64,000 nt of DNA from a virus (lineage: Duplodnaviria; Caudoviricetes), in IMG/VR virus record IMGVR_UViG_3300042914_003272, positions 1 to 64,000 of that record; one strand, given 5' to 3'. The notes under the pieces were generated by a model. That model made no database searches and was not told where the DNA came from. It was given only the letters and a program-made list of their open reading frames with translations. This document shows positions 46,356 to 56,372 of this stretch, piece after piece; the stretch's first letter is position 1, and every line of letters begins with the position of its first letter. Both the position numbers and the translations under genes were made by a program.

Positions 46356-48767
46356 ATGTCTAAGCTCATTCTAAAACAGTATGACCTGGTTAGTCAACAG
46401 TGGCTACCAGAGCATTGCAAGTCAACTTACCACAACACAATGTTGGGGCATCTATTCCCTAACGTTAAGTTTGCTATCGGTGATGTGGGTAGTTTATTAG
46501 CTGATGAAAATCCCAATATAGAATACATCTCTGAAGTTCTTGACAAAGGCTTTGAAGAGTATGTATTAGTCGGTGGTAGTGGTAGTAGAAAACAAGGCAA
46601 GGCAATCTACTCAACATCAGAGTTTGACTGTTTTACCAGATTTTTTGGTAGCAATATGAATGCTGCCAACTACGGTTCTAACTTAACAACTGAATGTAAG
46701 TTGATTAAGGATATCAGCATTAAGCTGCTAGTAGTTGATGACGGTGATAGCAAGTCCCGCAAGTACCGCACAGGTGATTGTCACGGGAAATGTTCTGAGA
46801 AGTTTGCTATGGAGTTTGTGGATTCCATATTCAATCCATTCCAGTTTAGGGCTTTCAATATCAACCCTGATTGGTGTGCAAAGGGTACGATTGCAGTTGG
46901 TTTTAAGAAAGGTAAGTATGACCTTGTTTTACCTACGTCCTGTTTTAAGGGCAATAAGGTTAAACCTGGGGAGTATGAGTTGGCTAAGTTGGCTTTTGGT
47001 GTGGTGTTTAAGTCACCATCCCTAAAAAGGTGGACCGAGACTCATGACATTCTAGGGCTTCAACTAGAGCGTGAGATGTGTGGTTACGACTACCGCAAGT
47101 CTAATCTTTCATATTCAGTAGTGCAGTTTCTGCCTTGGGATGCAGTGTGGGAAGACATAGTTCCCAATGCACAAAAACAGGCACAGGAACTTAACACCCT
47201 AGTCAGCAACCCTCAGAGGTTGTTAGATTACCTCCTGCGGAAAGGAGATGAAGGTAAAGGTCAAGAGAAATCTCGGTTAAGTCAGATTTTAAAGTCTGAC
47301 GTACACGGTCAGCTATCTACCCACCCATGGGCTATCAAGGCAACTATGGGAATGTTGAGTAGAAGATGGCGTGAGATTGCTACATCAGGTGGAATTAAGT
47401 TTAACTCATCTATGGTGATGCCAGATGAGGAATTACCAGATAACTCCTGTTACGTTCCAGGGTTAGCAGATGGTGAAGAGGTAATCGTATTTCCCTATCC
47501 TTGCCGTTGGAAGTACGACATCAAGGTATGGACAAATCACATACTCCCTAAGTGGGAACAGATGGAAGGAGTTATTGTAGGTAACTGCAATACTCTAATG
47601 AAACTTGGTAGAGATACCGACGGCGATTTTCTTATGTGGCTACCAGCATCTAAGTTACCTCACGTAGCTCAAGTTGTTAAGTCTTTTGGTGAACCTGACC
47701 TAGACCAGGCAGGGTTAAAGCCTAAGAAGATTCCCATTGAAGGCACTCTAGGACAAATTCTGGTTAAGAGTATGGAAAACTTAACTGGTCTGATAACCTA
47801 CTACATAGCCAAATCCTGGGCGTGTAAGAGGGAAGACTTTGTTTTCCAGTTAGTTCCACAACTTCAAGCAGCAGTTGATTCCCTCAAAGGTGCATTACCA
47901 CCTGACAGAAAATTAATAGGTTCTATTGGTAATGCACTCAAATCTCAACGAGTTGACTGGTTGAAACAGGTCAAGGATGACGACTGCTACCTATTCTACC
48001 AGATGTCATCACGGAGTAATGATACTGTAGGACTGTTGATAGCAGAGGTCAACAAGCTTTGGGTTAAGCCTGAGTTGAAGGCAACTAACCTTAGACCATT
48101 CAATGTTTTATTCTCACACCTCAATCCTAGCAAAAAGTGGATTGAGAGGGCTGAGGTTGTGTCTAACGAATATTCATCTGCCATGTATGCTGCCGGATTA
48201 GAACAACGTAGGTGGGAAAAGGCTAATCCAGGGAAGAGAGTTCCCAGAATTGTTAAAGAACGCAGATTATCTTCCCAGAAAGATATCTGTAAATACTATG
48301 AGGGGATACTTAACCATTTACCCCCTGCACAGAGGATGATGGCTGTAGCCGCTTTCTGGGACGTCAAACACAGGAATAACAAAACTGGTATTCCTAATCC
48401 TCAAGCCAAAGACCACGAAGACAGGGTAGGCTTCTCAACTAACATCTGTTTTTTGCTAGGCATAGAACAGATATGTGAGCAGCTTCAGGAATTGAGGATT
48501 GACACACTCAATATTGTAGGCAGGACTTACTCAGACTTCCGCAATCATATTTTCAAAGGTGAAATGATTGTCATTACCATTGAGTCAGGCATTGGTAATG
48601 ACGGAAAGCATTATTTCTTTGCCAAGTCCAATGGTTATAGCATTGGTGTAATCCCAGTAAAGGACACGCCACCTATTAAATTTGGAGATGAGATAGTGGT
48701 TTATCTCCACACCAGGTTTGATAAGGTAGGACATCCGAGTTACAACGAGGCCTTTCTTGTGAAGTAA
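46356..48767 (+). CDS. single-subunit two-barrel RNA polymerase (YonO / QDE-1 RdRP-like)
   Basis: GDCHGKCS, FQFR..AKGTI, catalytic GRDTDGDF (D420/D422/D424), AAVDSLKG in the order of the RdRP/YonO family. Confidence 0.75.
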   Translation: MSKLILKQYDLVSQQWLPEHCKSTYHNTMLGHLFPNVKFAIGDVGSLLADENPNIEYISEVLDKGFEEYVLVGGSGSRKQGKAIYSTSEFDCFTRFFGSNMNAANYGSNLTTECKLIKDISIKLLVVDDGDSKSRKYRTGDCHGKCSEKFAMEFVDSIFNPFQFRAFNINPDWCAKGTIAVGFKKGKYDLVLPTSCFKGNKVKPGEYELAKLAFGVVFKSPSLKRWTETHDILGLQLEREMCGYDYRKSNLSYSVVQFLPWDAVWEDIVPNAQKQAQELNTLVSNPQRLLDYLLRKGDEGKGQEKSRLSQILKSDVHGQLSTHPWAIKATMGMLSRRWREIATSGGIKFNSSMVMPDEELPDNSCYVPGLADGEEVIVFPYPCRWKYDIKVWTNHILPKWEQMEGVIVGNCNTLMKLGRDTDGDFLMWLPASKLPHVAQVVKSFGEPDLDQAGLKPKKIPIEGTLGQILVKSMENLTGLITYYIAKSWACKREDFVFQLVPQLQAAVDSLKGALPPDRKLIGSIGNALKSQRVDWLKQVKDDDCYLFYQMSSRSNDTVGLLIAEVNKLWVKPELKATNLRPFNVLFSHLNPSKKWIERAEVVSNEYSSAMYAAGLEQRRWEKANPGKRVPRIVKERRLSSQKDICKYYEGILNHLPPAQRMMAVAAFWDVKHRNNKTGIPNPQAKDHEDRVGFSTNICFLLGIEQICEQLQELRIDTLNIVGRTYSDFRNHIFKGEMIVITIESGIGNDGKHYFFAKSNGYSIGVIPVKDTPPIKFGDEIVVYLHTRFDKVGHPSYNEAFLVK

Positions 48768-48967
48768 AATAGATTTACTCCCTAGCTTAATTGCTAGGGA
48801 ATAACTACTTTCTTTTTTTTAACATGAACCAACAATCAAACCAATAACCGATTAGCTAAAGAGCAGTGGATTGAAGTTGCGTATGAACATGGTCAAGTAA
48901 TTCCTTTGCCATCTGAAATGTAATGGACTTCATAGGAACTCTAGCAACAAATTAATTTAGAGTTTCT

Positions 48968-51900
48968 ATGAATAATGAAATTGAGTATTTAGTATCTCAG
49001 ATGACTCCTGGACAATTAAATGCTTTCATCAACCAATCATTTCCTGATTTAGTTGGTGGGAACTTTATGTTTAGACAGGGGCAAACTGAACAAGATAAAA
49101 AAAGAATTGTAGCAGATAGATTATCTAAAGCTGTAGCTAGTCCTGCTGTGGATGCTACTCAAGAAGCCGTACTTAATAGTTTAGGTAGGTACGTTAGCCC
49201 AGAAGTTCAACAATCTCAACAATCTAGAACAGCTAACATTGGCAACTATACTAACTTTGATGACGAAAGCTACGGTGCTGTTCTTGGAAGTTATGACGAT
49301 TTTAATTACGATTTATTAGATGATTCAGCTTATATTCCATCAGCAGGTATTCAAAAAAGCACTGGAGCTTCACAAGCACCGTTAGATATAGCAGGTGTCC
49401 AGAATGCTATTGCACAAGACCCTAATTGGCAACCAAGAAATGACTATGAGAGATGGGCGTTAGGGTTTATAAGAGGTGAGGATTCAGGTGTTAATCCTAC
49501 CGTTGTTCCTGTAAATACTAATAGAACTGCTGGGATTCAAACGCCTAAAACACAAGGTGAGAAATATCAGTTCAATGTATTAGAAAATAGAGAAAACAGA
49601 ACTGCAAATATTCCGAATATTCCTATACCTAAACCAGTTGGTATTAAAACAGATTTGCTAACTGGTTTGGTTTATGACTATAACAGAGGGTTGGTTTTCA
49701 ACCCTGTTAATGGCGTTACTCAAAAGTTAATTAGTGATGGTAGAACTATTCCTACTAAATTAGAAATTCCTAATTTAATTCAAGGTGAACAAAGTAATTC
49801 TATTCCTGTACCATCAATACGTCCAAATATAGGATTTAACGTCAATGAGAACCCTGAATTTGCAGGTGATGGCAACTTTTTTATTCAACAAGGTAATCAA
49901 CTTACTCGTACTACTCCAGGAGTGTCTTACCAATCAACAGCATTATCGAGCAATAATAATAGCCAATATAAATGGCACGCACCTTTAGCTATTAAAAATA
50001 ATTCCACTTTAGCTGAGTACACTAATCTCTCTCCACAAGCTAGACAATATTTAATTGATAGACAATGGAATAGAGACAAAGAAAGAGCTTATATTCAACA
50101 ACAACAAGAAGTAGGTAATCAAATAACTGATGGTGAAGGTAGGTTTTTTGATACTGCTAGTTACATTGCTAACAGAGATAATTCAGTTCCCTATCCTAGA
50201 ACTATTGGCATAGCACCAAAAATAGCAGGGGTAGGACAAGAATACTCTCCAGAAGTAATGTCCAGGATAGGACAAGGTGGGTTCTTAAATAACGCTGGTT
50301 CTATTAAGCTACCTAATACTTGGATAGATAAAGAAACTAATCAGAGGGTGTTTAGTAAGGGTAGGGGAACTCCCGCCACTATTGTTTACACAGGTGACAA
50401 AGAAGGTAGTGCAATCCCAAGTATTTCTATTCCTAGAATTCAAGGAGGTGGGAATGAATTAATTAGCTTTGAGGATGCAGTTAAACGTCAACTAATTAGT
50501 CCTGAGCAATACAATAATTATATTAATCAAGCTGCTCAAACTAAGTTCATTCCTGCTGGTAACATGGATAGTTTTAATAGAGATAATATAAAACTCTATG
50601 AGACTACAGATAATCAAGGAAAAAACTACCGTGCTACTTACATGAATCCTCTAACAAAAGAGGTTTTTAATGTTACTCAAAATGGTGGGTTTTATCTAGT
50701 AAGACCCGCAGTAAGTGAGGAGTCTGGTGGTCTACCTATTAGAAAACAAACTACTAATCTTGCTCAGGAAATGACTGACATTAACCGAGTAATGAGAGAA
50801 GGTGGTAGAGATAATTTAGTTGACATTATCAGAGAAGACCCTACTAATCCAGGATTAGAGGCATTTACTAGACCTGTTCCTGCTATTAATCCAATTACAG
50901 GTGAGACAATTAATAAATATGTTCACACTGGGAATTTAGTTAATCCAGAAACTTTACAACCTGAATCTATTGAACCCGGGGTTGATTACAGTCAATACGC
51001 TGTTTTAGACAAAGAAGGAAATCCAATTCCTACTGACAATTTTATTGAGATTTGGGATAAAAGAATGGGAACTCCCAAGCCTCCTAATGTTCAATTACTT
51101 GGGGAAGCAAGCAGGGATGCTTTCAAGCCTGTTGCTAGAAAGTGGGTAGACGATAATAACCCACAGGATTTATTCAACTACTTTAACGCTAATGCCGAAA
51201 GTAGTGGACAATCAATGCAAGCTCTTGATTTATCTAGAGGTGGCAGTAGAACCGCAGGGGTTAGAAAAGCACCTGCTGATATGTATATTTCACCTTATCT
51301 GGATTATGATGCTGCTGGAAACTTGCAACTCAGAAGAAATTTTGTTCCAGAAAGAGGAGAAACTACAATATTTAATTCTGGGAATTCTATAACAGTTTCT
51401 GCACCTACAGGATATCAAGATACTAATGCCACATCTGCATATCCATCACTTCAAGAAACAGATTATCTTGGTGGCAGGTTAGCTTTTAATCCTGATGGAA
51501 TTGTTGTTGATGTTCCTAGCAATGCTCCAGCCGCCAAAGGTATAAATAACTTTACCCCAGCAAGTGAGTTTACTTCTAGTTCCCCACAAGTTGTTAGGGA
51601 TACACGAACTGGAAAAGTTATTTATGACCCTAACAGAACTGTCTATGTCAGAACAGGTAACACAGGACTTGATGATGATAACTTTGCAGTAGTTCCTTAT
51701 AAAGAAGACAAGCCTATAGTTAGTCGTGTTGCTAATATCAATAGTCCACAATCAATAGTTATAAATGACGGAAAGGTTGTTGGCAAAAACGCATTAGTTC
51801 AACAAGAAATCTTTGGCAATCAAGAAGTTTACCCTGGAGATTTTACCAACACTAAATTCTACAGATTTAAAACCAATCCTGAAACTCCTTTGGGTGCTTA

Positions 51901-54622
51901 CAAGGTAAGTGAGTACGGAACACCAATTCCCAATGAGTATGGATTTCCTGAAGAAGTATTAACACCGTTATACGGAAACCCGTTAACCCTCCCAAGGTCA
52001 GCACAGATAGCTAATAAAGCTGAATTTATATCTCGTCCTCGCTTAATGGTACAGGATTTTAAAGGCATAACTCCTGACTATCAGCCTATTCCCGATGGTA
52101 TGAGCTATGAAGAGGCAGACAGGAAAGGACTATTGAATCCCATCTTTAATAGCAGAACAGCAGGGTTAAATAGCAGTTACCAAATCCCTTTACCTAAAGG
52201 TGTGGGGTTAGCTAGGGTTCTTGATGAGTCTAACCCCAGAACTCAAGCGGCAATTGCCGCACAAGTGGCGAGGCGGCAAATCCCTTCCTTAGTTCAACAA
52301 AGGCAGTCTATACTTGCTGACAATTCTTTTACACTTGAAGAAAAGAAAGCTAAAGTTGATGAATTATTTGCACAACCATTAGCAGTTCTTGGTGGTGATG
52401 AAGTTGATGCCTTAATTAAGATAGCGAAGAAGGGAGAATCTAAACCTGCATTTGATAGAAAGTACACTATTACTCCTAGTAGAACAGCAGGTGTTGAGAG
52501 TCCACAATATACTCAATATTTAGACTTAGCAACTTATGATGATAGTCCTGACTTGACATTCTGGAAAGAGAATATTCCTGGTGTAGTTCCCCAAGGTGTA
52601 ATTGATGGTGCTTATCTTCCAGTAACAACTATTCCTAGACCAATAAATAAGGAAGGTAAAAAAGGCTGGTTAATAAATGACCAAATTTACACTACAGAAT
52701 CCGGTAGACAGGTCAGGGGAGATAAGGCTGTTAACTATGTCAATATCCCACTTAATTTAGATAGTGTTAGCTCTTACCTTCCTAAAAGCAAACGTGAGGA
52801 ATTAGAATTAAAAGGTTTTAGTGATGATGCTATACAAGCTTGGGCAAATGTTAACCCTAATCTTGCTAGAGATAATGCCTTGGCTAACGCCAAGATATTA
52901 ATTGATGGAAAATATTATGATGTAACCCCACAAGCTACTGTAGCCGAATTTAATCCTGTTGCTGGTGGGAATTATGCAATGGCTGAGACCAGGAGTCAAG
53001 GTAGAGCAGCAAGGATAGATTTACCATTTAAAGCTGGTGCAAATATATCTGAACCTACTCCTGAATGGATTGCCCAACAAGCTGCTGGTGGCAATTTAAG
53101 ATTTAATGCCGACGACTATATTAGTCCTGATGATAAGGCAATTTTAAATCAGAAAGAAGTTTACAATGCTGGTTATGAAGAACCAGCAGATATTCTTGGA
53201 GCTATCAGCAGAGTTCAACAGAAGAAAAATCAGATTGATGCAGTAATTAGTAACAGAAAACAACGTCAAGTAGCTAAACCTCAAAGTAATATTGAAGTTC
53301 TAAAATACAAGTCCTATGTACTAGGTAAAGAGGCACAAGAGGCAAGGACTGATATTGATAGGCTTAGGGCTTTACAACAAAAAGCACAAATAGATTTATT
53401 GATAGACTCTCCGCAACAGAGAGTTGCTAATAATCTAGATGGGAAAATAAGTTCATCTATTGATGAGAACTATACAACCCTTGGTCAAGACAGGTCTTTT
53501 AGTATTAATCCAGAAATCTTGCCACTATCTGATGCGGAAAGGGTTGAGTTTATAAGAAATTATCAGCCTAACGCTTCTGATGTTTTATTGAACACAAAAG
53601 ATATAGCTCCTGTTCAATCTACTCGTCCTAGAGATTTACAAGAATACTCTGACTATTTAGCAGAAGAAATTAACCGTGCTAGTGCAGCACATAACGCAAT
53701 AGTCAACATTGAAGATTCGCCTGAAATTGTAATCAAAAGACAAGGGAATCCACAACAATTAAACGCATTTATTTCTGCCGCAAATACTTTGGGAATGCAA
53801 ACTGAAGACGATTCTTTTAGGTATAAAAATAATCCTGATGAAAAGTTAACTGCTTCCGTTACTGGTAGTTTACCTAATACATATTTACCCTATGAACAAG
53901 CACAGGAGTTAAATGAATCTAGGCTTTATCATCCACAAGATATTCAGGATGCCATAGAAAGTGGTGATTTTAGTGAACGGCAAATTAGGTCTATGCAAAA
54001 TGCTAGACTACTACCTGCTTACCGCACACAACAAAAAGTTGAACTACCTACAGTTCCCACTTCTAATGTTGCTAAATTAGGTAGGGTAAAATTTGTTGAA
54101 GACTACATGGGAAACCCTGAAAGTATGTTGGAAGGTATGGGGCTTGATGGTGGTTCTATCCCTGGGGATTATATTCCAAATCCGTCAAAAGTGATTCAGC
54201 AATTTGTACCCGCAGGCAATCAGGTAATTAATATAGTTCCCAGCAGTTCCGAGAACTATCAATACAGAAGTGGTGGCAATGCCGATTATGGAATATGGGA
54301 TATGCCTATTACTAATGACTTAGGAGGTATGGGATTTGATGGTGGTTCTATCCCTGGGGATTACATACCCCGTCAAGTTAGAACCAATGTACAGCAAGGG
54401 GTTCAGTCAGAACCTCAACAAGTTAGAACCCCTAGAACCCCTGGAACTCAATCTTTCAATACTTCCATAGACCCTGAAGTTAAAATAACAGGTGGTATGA
54501 AGATTCCTAAATGGGCTATTCCTGCTACACTGGGTGCTGTGTGGTTAGGGTTAGCTGCTAACGCCCGTAGACAACAGGATGAGGACAGGAGACAACGGCA
54601 AGGTGTGGTAAACAGATACTAA
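48968..54622 (+). CDS. giant (1884 aa) probable internal virion/ejection protein
   Basis: Almost Cys-free, Q/N/P-rich, repeated R[TV]A[GN] motif, duplicated GMG.DGGSIPGDYIP, C-terminal hydrophobic helix. Confidence 0.55.
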   Translation: MNNEIEYLVSQMTPGQLNAFINQSFPDLVGGNFMFRQGQTEQDKKRIVADRLSKAVASPAVDATQEAVLNSLGRYVSPEVQQSQQSRTANIGNYTNFDDESYGAVLGSYDDFNYDLLDDSAYIPSAGIQKSTGASQAPLDIAGVQNAIAQDPNWQPRNDYERWALGFIRGEDSGVNPTVVPVNTNRTAGIQTPKTQGEKYQFNVLENRENRTANIPNIPIPKPVGIKTDLLTGLVYDYNRGLVFNPVNGVTQKLISDGRTIPTKLEIPNLIQGEQSNSIPVPSIRPNIGFNVNENPEFAGDGNFFIQQGNQLTRTTPGVSYQSTALSSNNNSQYKWHAPLAIKNNSTLAEYTNLSPQARQYLIDRQWNRDKERAYIQQQQEVGNQITDGEGRFFDTASYIANRDNSVPYPRTIGIAPKIAGVGQEYSPEVMSRIGQGGFLNNAGSIKLPNTWIDKETNQRVFSKGRGTPATIVYTGDKEGSAIPSISIPRIQGGGNELISFEDAVKRQLISPEQYNNYINQAAQTKFIPAGNMDSFNRDNIKLYETTDNQGKNYRATYMNPLTKEVFNVTQNGGFYLVRPAVSEESGGLPIRKQTTNLAQEMTDINRVMREGGRDNLVDIIREDPTNPGLEAFTRPVPAINPITGETINKYVHTGNLVNPETLQPESIEPGVDYSQYAVLDKEGNPIPTDNFIEIWDKRMGTPKPPNVQLLGEASRDAFKPVARKWVDDNNPQDLFNYFNANAESSGQSMQALDLSRGGSRTAGVRKAPADMYISPYLDYDAAGNLQLRRNFVPERGETTIFNSGNSITVSAPTGYQDTNATSAYPSLQETDYLGGRLAFNPDGIVVDVPSNAPAAKGINNFTPASEFTSSSPQVVRDTRTGKVIYDPNRTVYVRTGNTGLDDDNFAVVPYKEDKPIVSRVANINSPQSIVINDGKVVGKNALVQQEIFGNQEVYPGDFTNTKFYRFKTNPETPLGAYKVSEYGTPIPNEYGFPEEVLTPLYGNPLTLPRSAQIANKAEFISRPRLMVQDFKGITPDYQPIPDGMSYEEADRKGLLNPIFNSRTAGLNSSYQIPLPKGVGLARVLDESNPRTQAAIAAQVARRQIPSLVQQRQSILADNSFTLEEKKAKVDELFAQPLAVLGGDEVDALIKIAKKGESKPAFDRKYTITPSRTAGVESPQYTQYLDLATYDDSPDLTFWKENIPGVVPQGVIDGAYLPVTTIPRPINKEGKKGWLINDQIYTTESGRQVRGDKAVNYVNIPLNLDSVSSYLPKSKREELELKGFSDDAIQAWANVNPNLARDNALANAKILIDGKYYDVTPQATVAEFNPVAGGNYAMAETRSQGRAARIDLPFKAGANISEPTPEWIAQQAAGGNLRFNADDYISPDDKAILNQKEVYNAGYEEPADILGAISRVQQKKNQIDAVISNRKQRQVAKPQSNIEVLKYKSYVLGKEAQEARTDIDRLRALQQKAQIDLLIDSPQQRVANNLDGKISSSIDENYTTLGQDRSFSINPEILPLSDAERVEFIRNYQPNASDVLLNTKDIAPVQSTRPRDLQEYSDYLAEEINRASAAHNAIVNIEDSPEIVIKRQGNPQQLNAFISAANTLGMQTEDDSFRYKNNPDEKLTASVTGSLPNTYLPYEQAQELNESRLYHPQDIQDAIESGDFSERQIRSMQNARLLPAYRTQQKVELPTVPTSNVAKLGRVKFVEDYMGNPESMLEGMGLDGGSIPGDYIPNPSKVIQQFVPAGNQVINIVPSSSENYQYRSGGNADYGIWDMPITNDLGGMGFDGGSIPGDYIPRQVRTNVQQGVQSEPQQVRTPRTPGTQSFNTSIDPEVKITGGMKIPKWAIPATLGAVWLGLAANARRQQDEDRRQRQGVVNRY

Positions 54623-54633
54623 GAATACATGGG

Positions 54634-54655
54634 GCTAACGCCCCTTTAGTGGTGA
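54634..54655 (+). promoter_or_regulatory. class A hairpin element
   Basis: GGGGC-TAAC-GCCCC, +11nt TGA. Confidence 0.7.
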
Positions 54656-54661
54656 GGTATC

Positions 54662-54985
54662 TTGGAAGTAACAATGTTAATAAGAAAAGAGAACACTCAG
54701 CTTACACTTAAAAAACATGGTGAAGATGAAAATGTTGTAATAGAATTTTCATTGATGGACAAAAAGGTTGTTTTAACAATTCACTTTTCCCATCAGAATT
54801 TAAGTACCAGGATTTATGACAATAGGTATGCAACTCTTGAACATTATCAACGGCTAATTCCATTAGCTGCTGAAATAATTAAAGGTCGGGAAGAGTTTAT
54901 TAAAGAACCATGTGGCTTTCTAGAACAACAGTCTTGGAAAGTTCAAAGCTTAGAAGACAAAGAGAATGCAATGCTAACGCATTAA
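54662..54985 (+). CDS. hypothetical protein
   Basis: Class A upstream. Confidence 0.5.
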   Translation: MEVTMLIRKENTQLTLKKHGEDENVVIEFSLMDKKVVLTIHFSHQNLSTRIYDNRYATLEHYQRLIPLAAEIIKGREEFIKEPCGFLEQQSWKVQSLEDKENAMLTH

Positions 54986-54994
54986 TAGTTATGA
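54973..54994 (+). promoter_or_regulatory. class A hairpin element
   Basis: AATGC-TAAC-GCATT compensatory stem, +11nt TGA. Confidence 0.7.
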
Positions 54995-55069
54995 AGTAAA
55001 AGTAAAACCCCTCTTAGAAATCTCCTAGGAGGGGCTTTTGATGTTTGATAATTGTAGGAGTATTATATC

Positions 55070-55789
55070 ATGAAAACAAAGTTATCTGCGAAAGAAAAAG
55101 CTGTTATTGTATTTAGTGATATCAAAAGAATTGAAGACTTACAGGCTTTAACCATCAGACAACTAAAGGCATTAGCTTCTAGGATTAATAAAGAACTAGG
55201 ACAACTAATTGTCAAAGCCAAGTTTGGTAAAGTAATGTCTAATATGACAAAAGCTGAACTCATTCATGCTATTGATTATGTTAGAGTTTGCCGCGCTCAA
55301 ACTGAAATGCGCGACTCTACTTTAATTGCAGTAAGCAATAGAATCTATGAATACAATAGATGTGATGGCGCACCTGGTAGTCTTCATTGGATTACTTACT
55401 TTGGGTTTAATAAAACCTCTGAGGGAAGTGCCAATCAAAATGCTGAGAGGTTTAGGCAATGGCTACTAAAGAACAAGTATTGTCGTTTAGCTGCTATCAG
55501 GAAGTCTGACAGGTTGAAGAATTTTGGTTTTGAGTTTGAAGTAAAAGTGTGGGGAATTAAGAATAACATCTTTGACTTAATAGTTTCCAAGGAAGCAAAA
55601 GCTAAGGAACAAGAAATGAAGAAACCCATTATCCCTTTAGCTGAAAGACCGTTGGAAGAACAAAGAGAAGCATTGCAAAGGCAATATGACTTAGCTAAGT
55701 CTAACCCATTAACCAGAAATCATGCTGTTAAAAACATCTACCTTTTTGGGTTTGAATTAGTTGGAGAGCTTGTAGACTATAAATTTTAA
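55070..55789 (+). CDS. Rho-N/HeH-domain protein
   Basis: LQALTIRQLKALA..SNMTKAELIHAI; AGGAG RBS. Confidence 0.55.
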   Translation: MKTKLSAKEKAVIVFSDIKRIEDLQALTIRQLKALASRINKELGQLIVKAKFGKVMSNMTKAELIHAIDYVRVCRAQTEMRDSTLIAVSNRIYEYNRCDGAPGSLHWITYFGFNKTSEGSANQNAERFRQWLLKNKYCRLAAIRKSDRLKNFGFEFEVKVWGIKNNIFDLIVSKEAKAKEQEMKKPIIPLAERPLEEQREALQRQYDLAKSNPLTRNHAVKNIYLFGFELVGELVDYKF

Positions 55790-55802
55790 GGAGTAGTTAA
55801 TC

Positions 55803-56306
55803 ATGGAATATCGCGCAATATCACTGCATCAACCTTGGGCTTCTCTTGTTGCTTTGGGAATTAAGAGGTATGAGACTAGAAGTTGGAGTACAAAGTTTAG
55901 AGGAAAACTTCTAATTTGTTCTGCAAAGAAAAAGTACGTACCAGATATTAGCTTTGTAAATAAAGTTTTCGACTTAAAAGATGTAAGACAATTTGACAGA
56001 ACAAGGCTAGACTTTATTGGTACGAACACAGAGTACGTAGAATTTCTTCCTTTGGGAAAAATCCTTTGCGTAACTGACTTAGTTGATTGCTTAAAAATGG
56101 AATCTTACCCTAAACACAAAGAAAATATAATTCTTGAAGACGTTCCAGAATTAGAACAGCTTTGTGGCGACTGGCAAGCAGGTAGATACGCATGGGAATT
56201 AGCTAATCTCATGACATTACCCAAACCTATTCCTATTAAAGGGAAACAAGGTTTATGGATTCCTGATAGTTCAATTATTCAAGACATTGAAAAACAATTT
56301 CAATAG
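55803..56306 (+). CDS. ASCH-domain protein
   Basis: AISLHQPWASLVALGIKRYETRSW..RGKLLICS..KGKQGLW. Confidence 0.9.
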   Translation: MEYRAISLHQPWASLVALGIKRYETRSWSTKFRGKLLICSAKKKYVPDISFVNKVFDLKDVRQFDRTRLDFIGTNTEYVEFLPLGKILCVTDLVDCLKMESYPKHKENIILEDVPELEQLCGDWQAGRYAWELANLMTLPKPIPIKGKQGLWIPDSSIIQDIEKQFQ

Positions 56307-56328
56307 GCTAACGCCTAAATGTTTGTGA
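56307..56328 (+). promoter_or_regulatory. class A hairpin element (ssb)
   Basis: TAGGC-TAAC-GCCTA, +11nt TGA. Confidence 0.7.
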
Positions 56329-56372
56329 GGAAATGCAATAATTTCCTCTTTACTCACTTACCAGTTAAATCC

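Noticed and set aside
48968-54622. Giant protein as an N4- or crAss-type virion RNA polymerase
   Set aside because: No DxDGD or T7-type catalytic motifs recognised.
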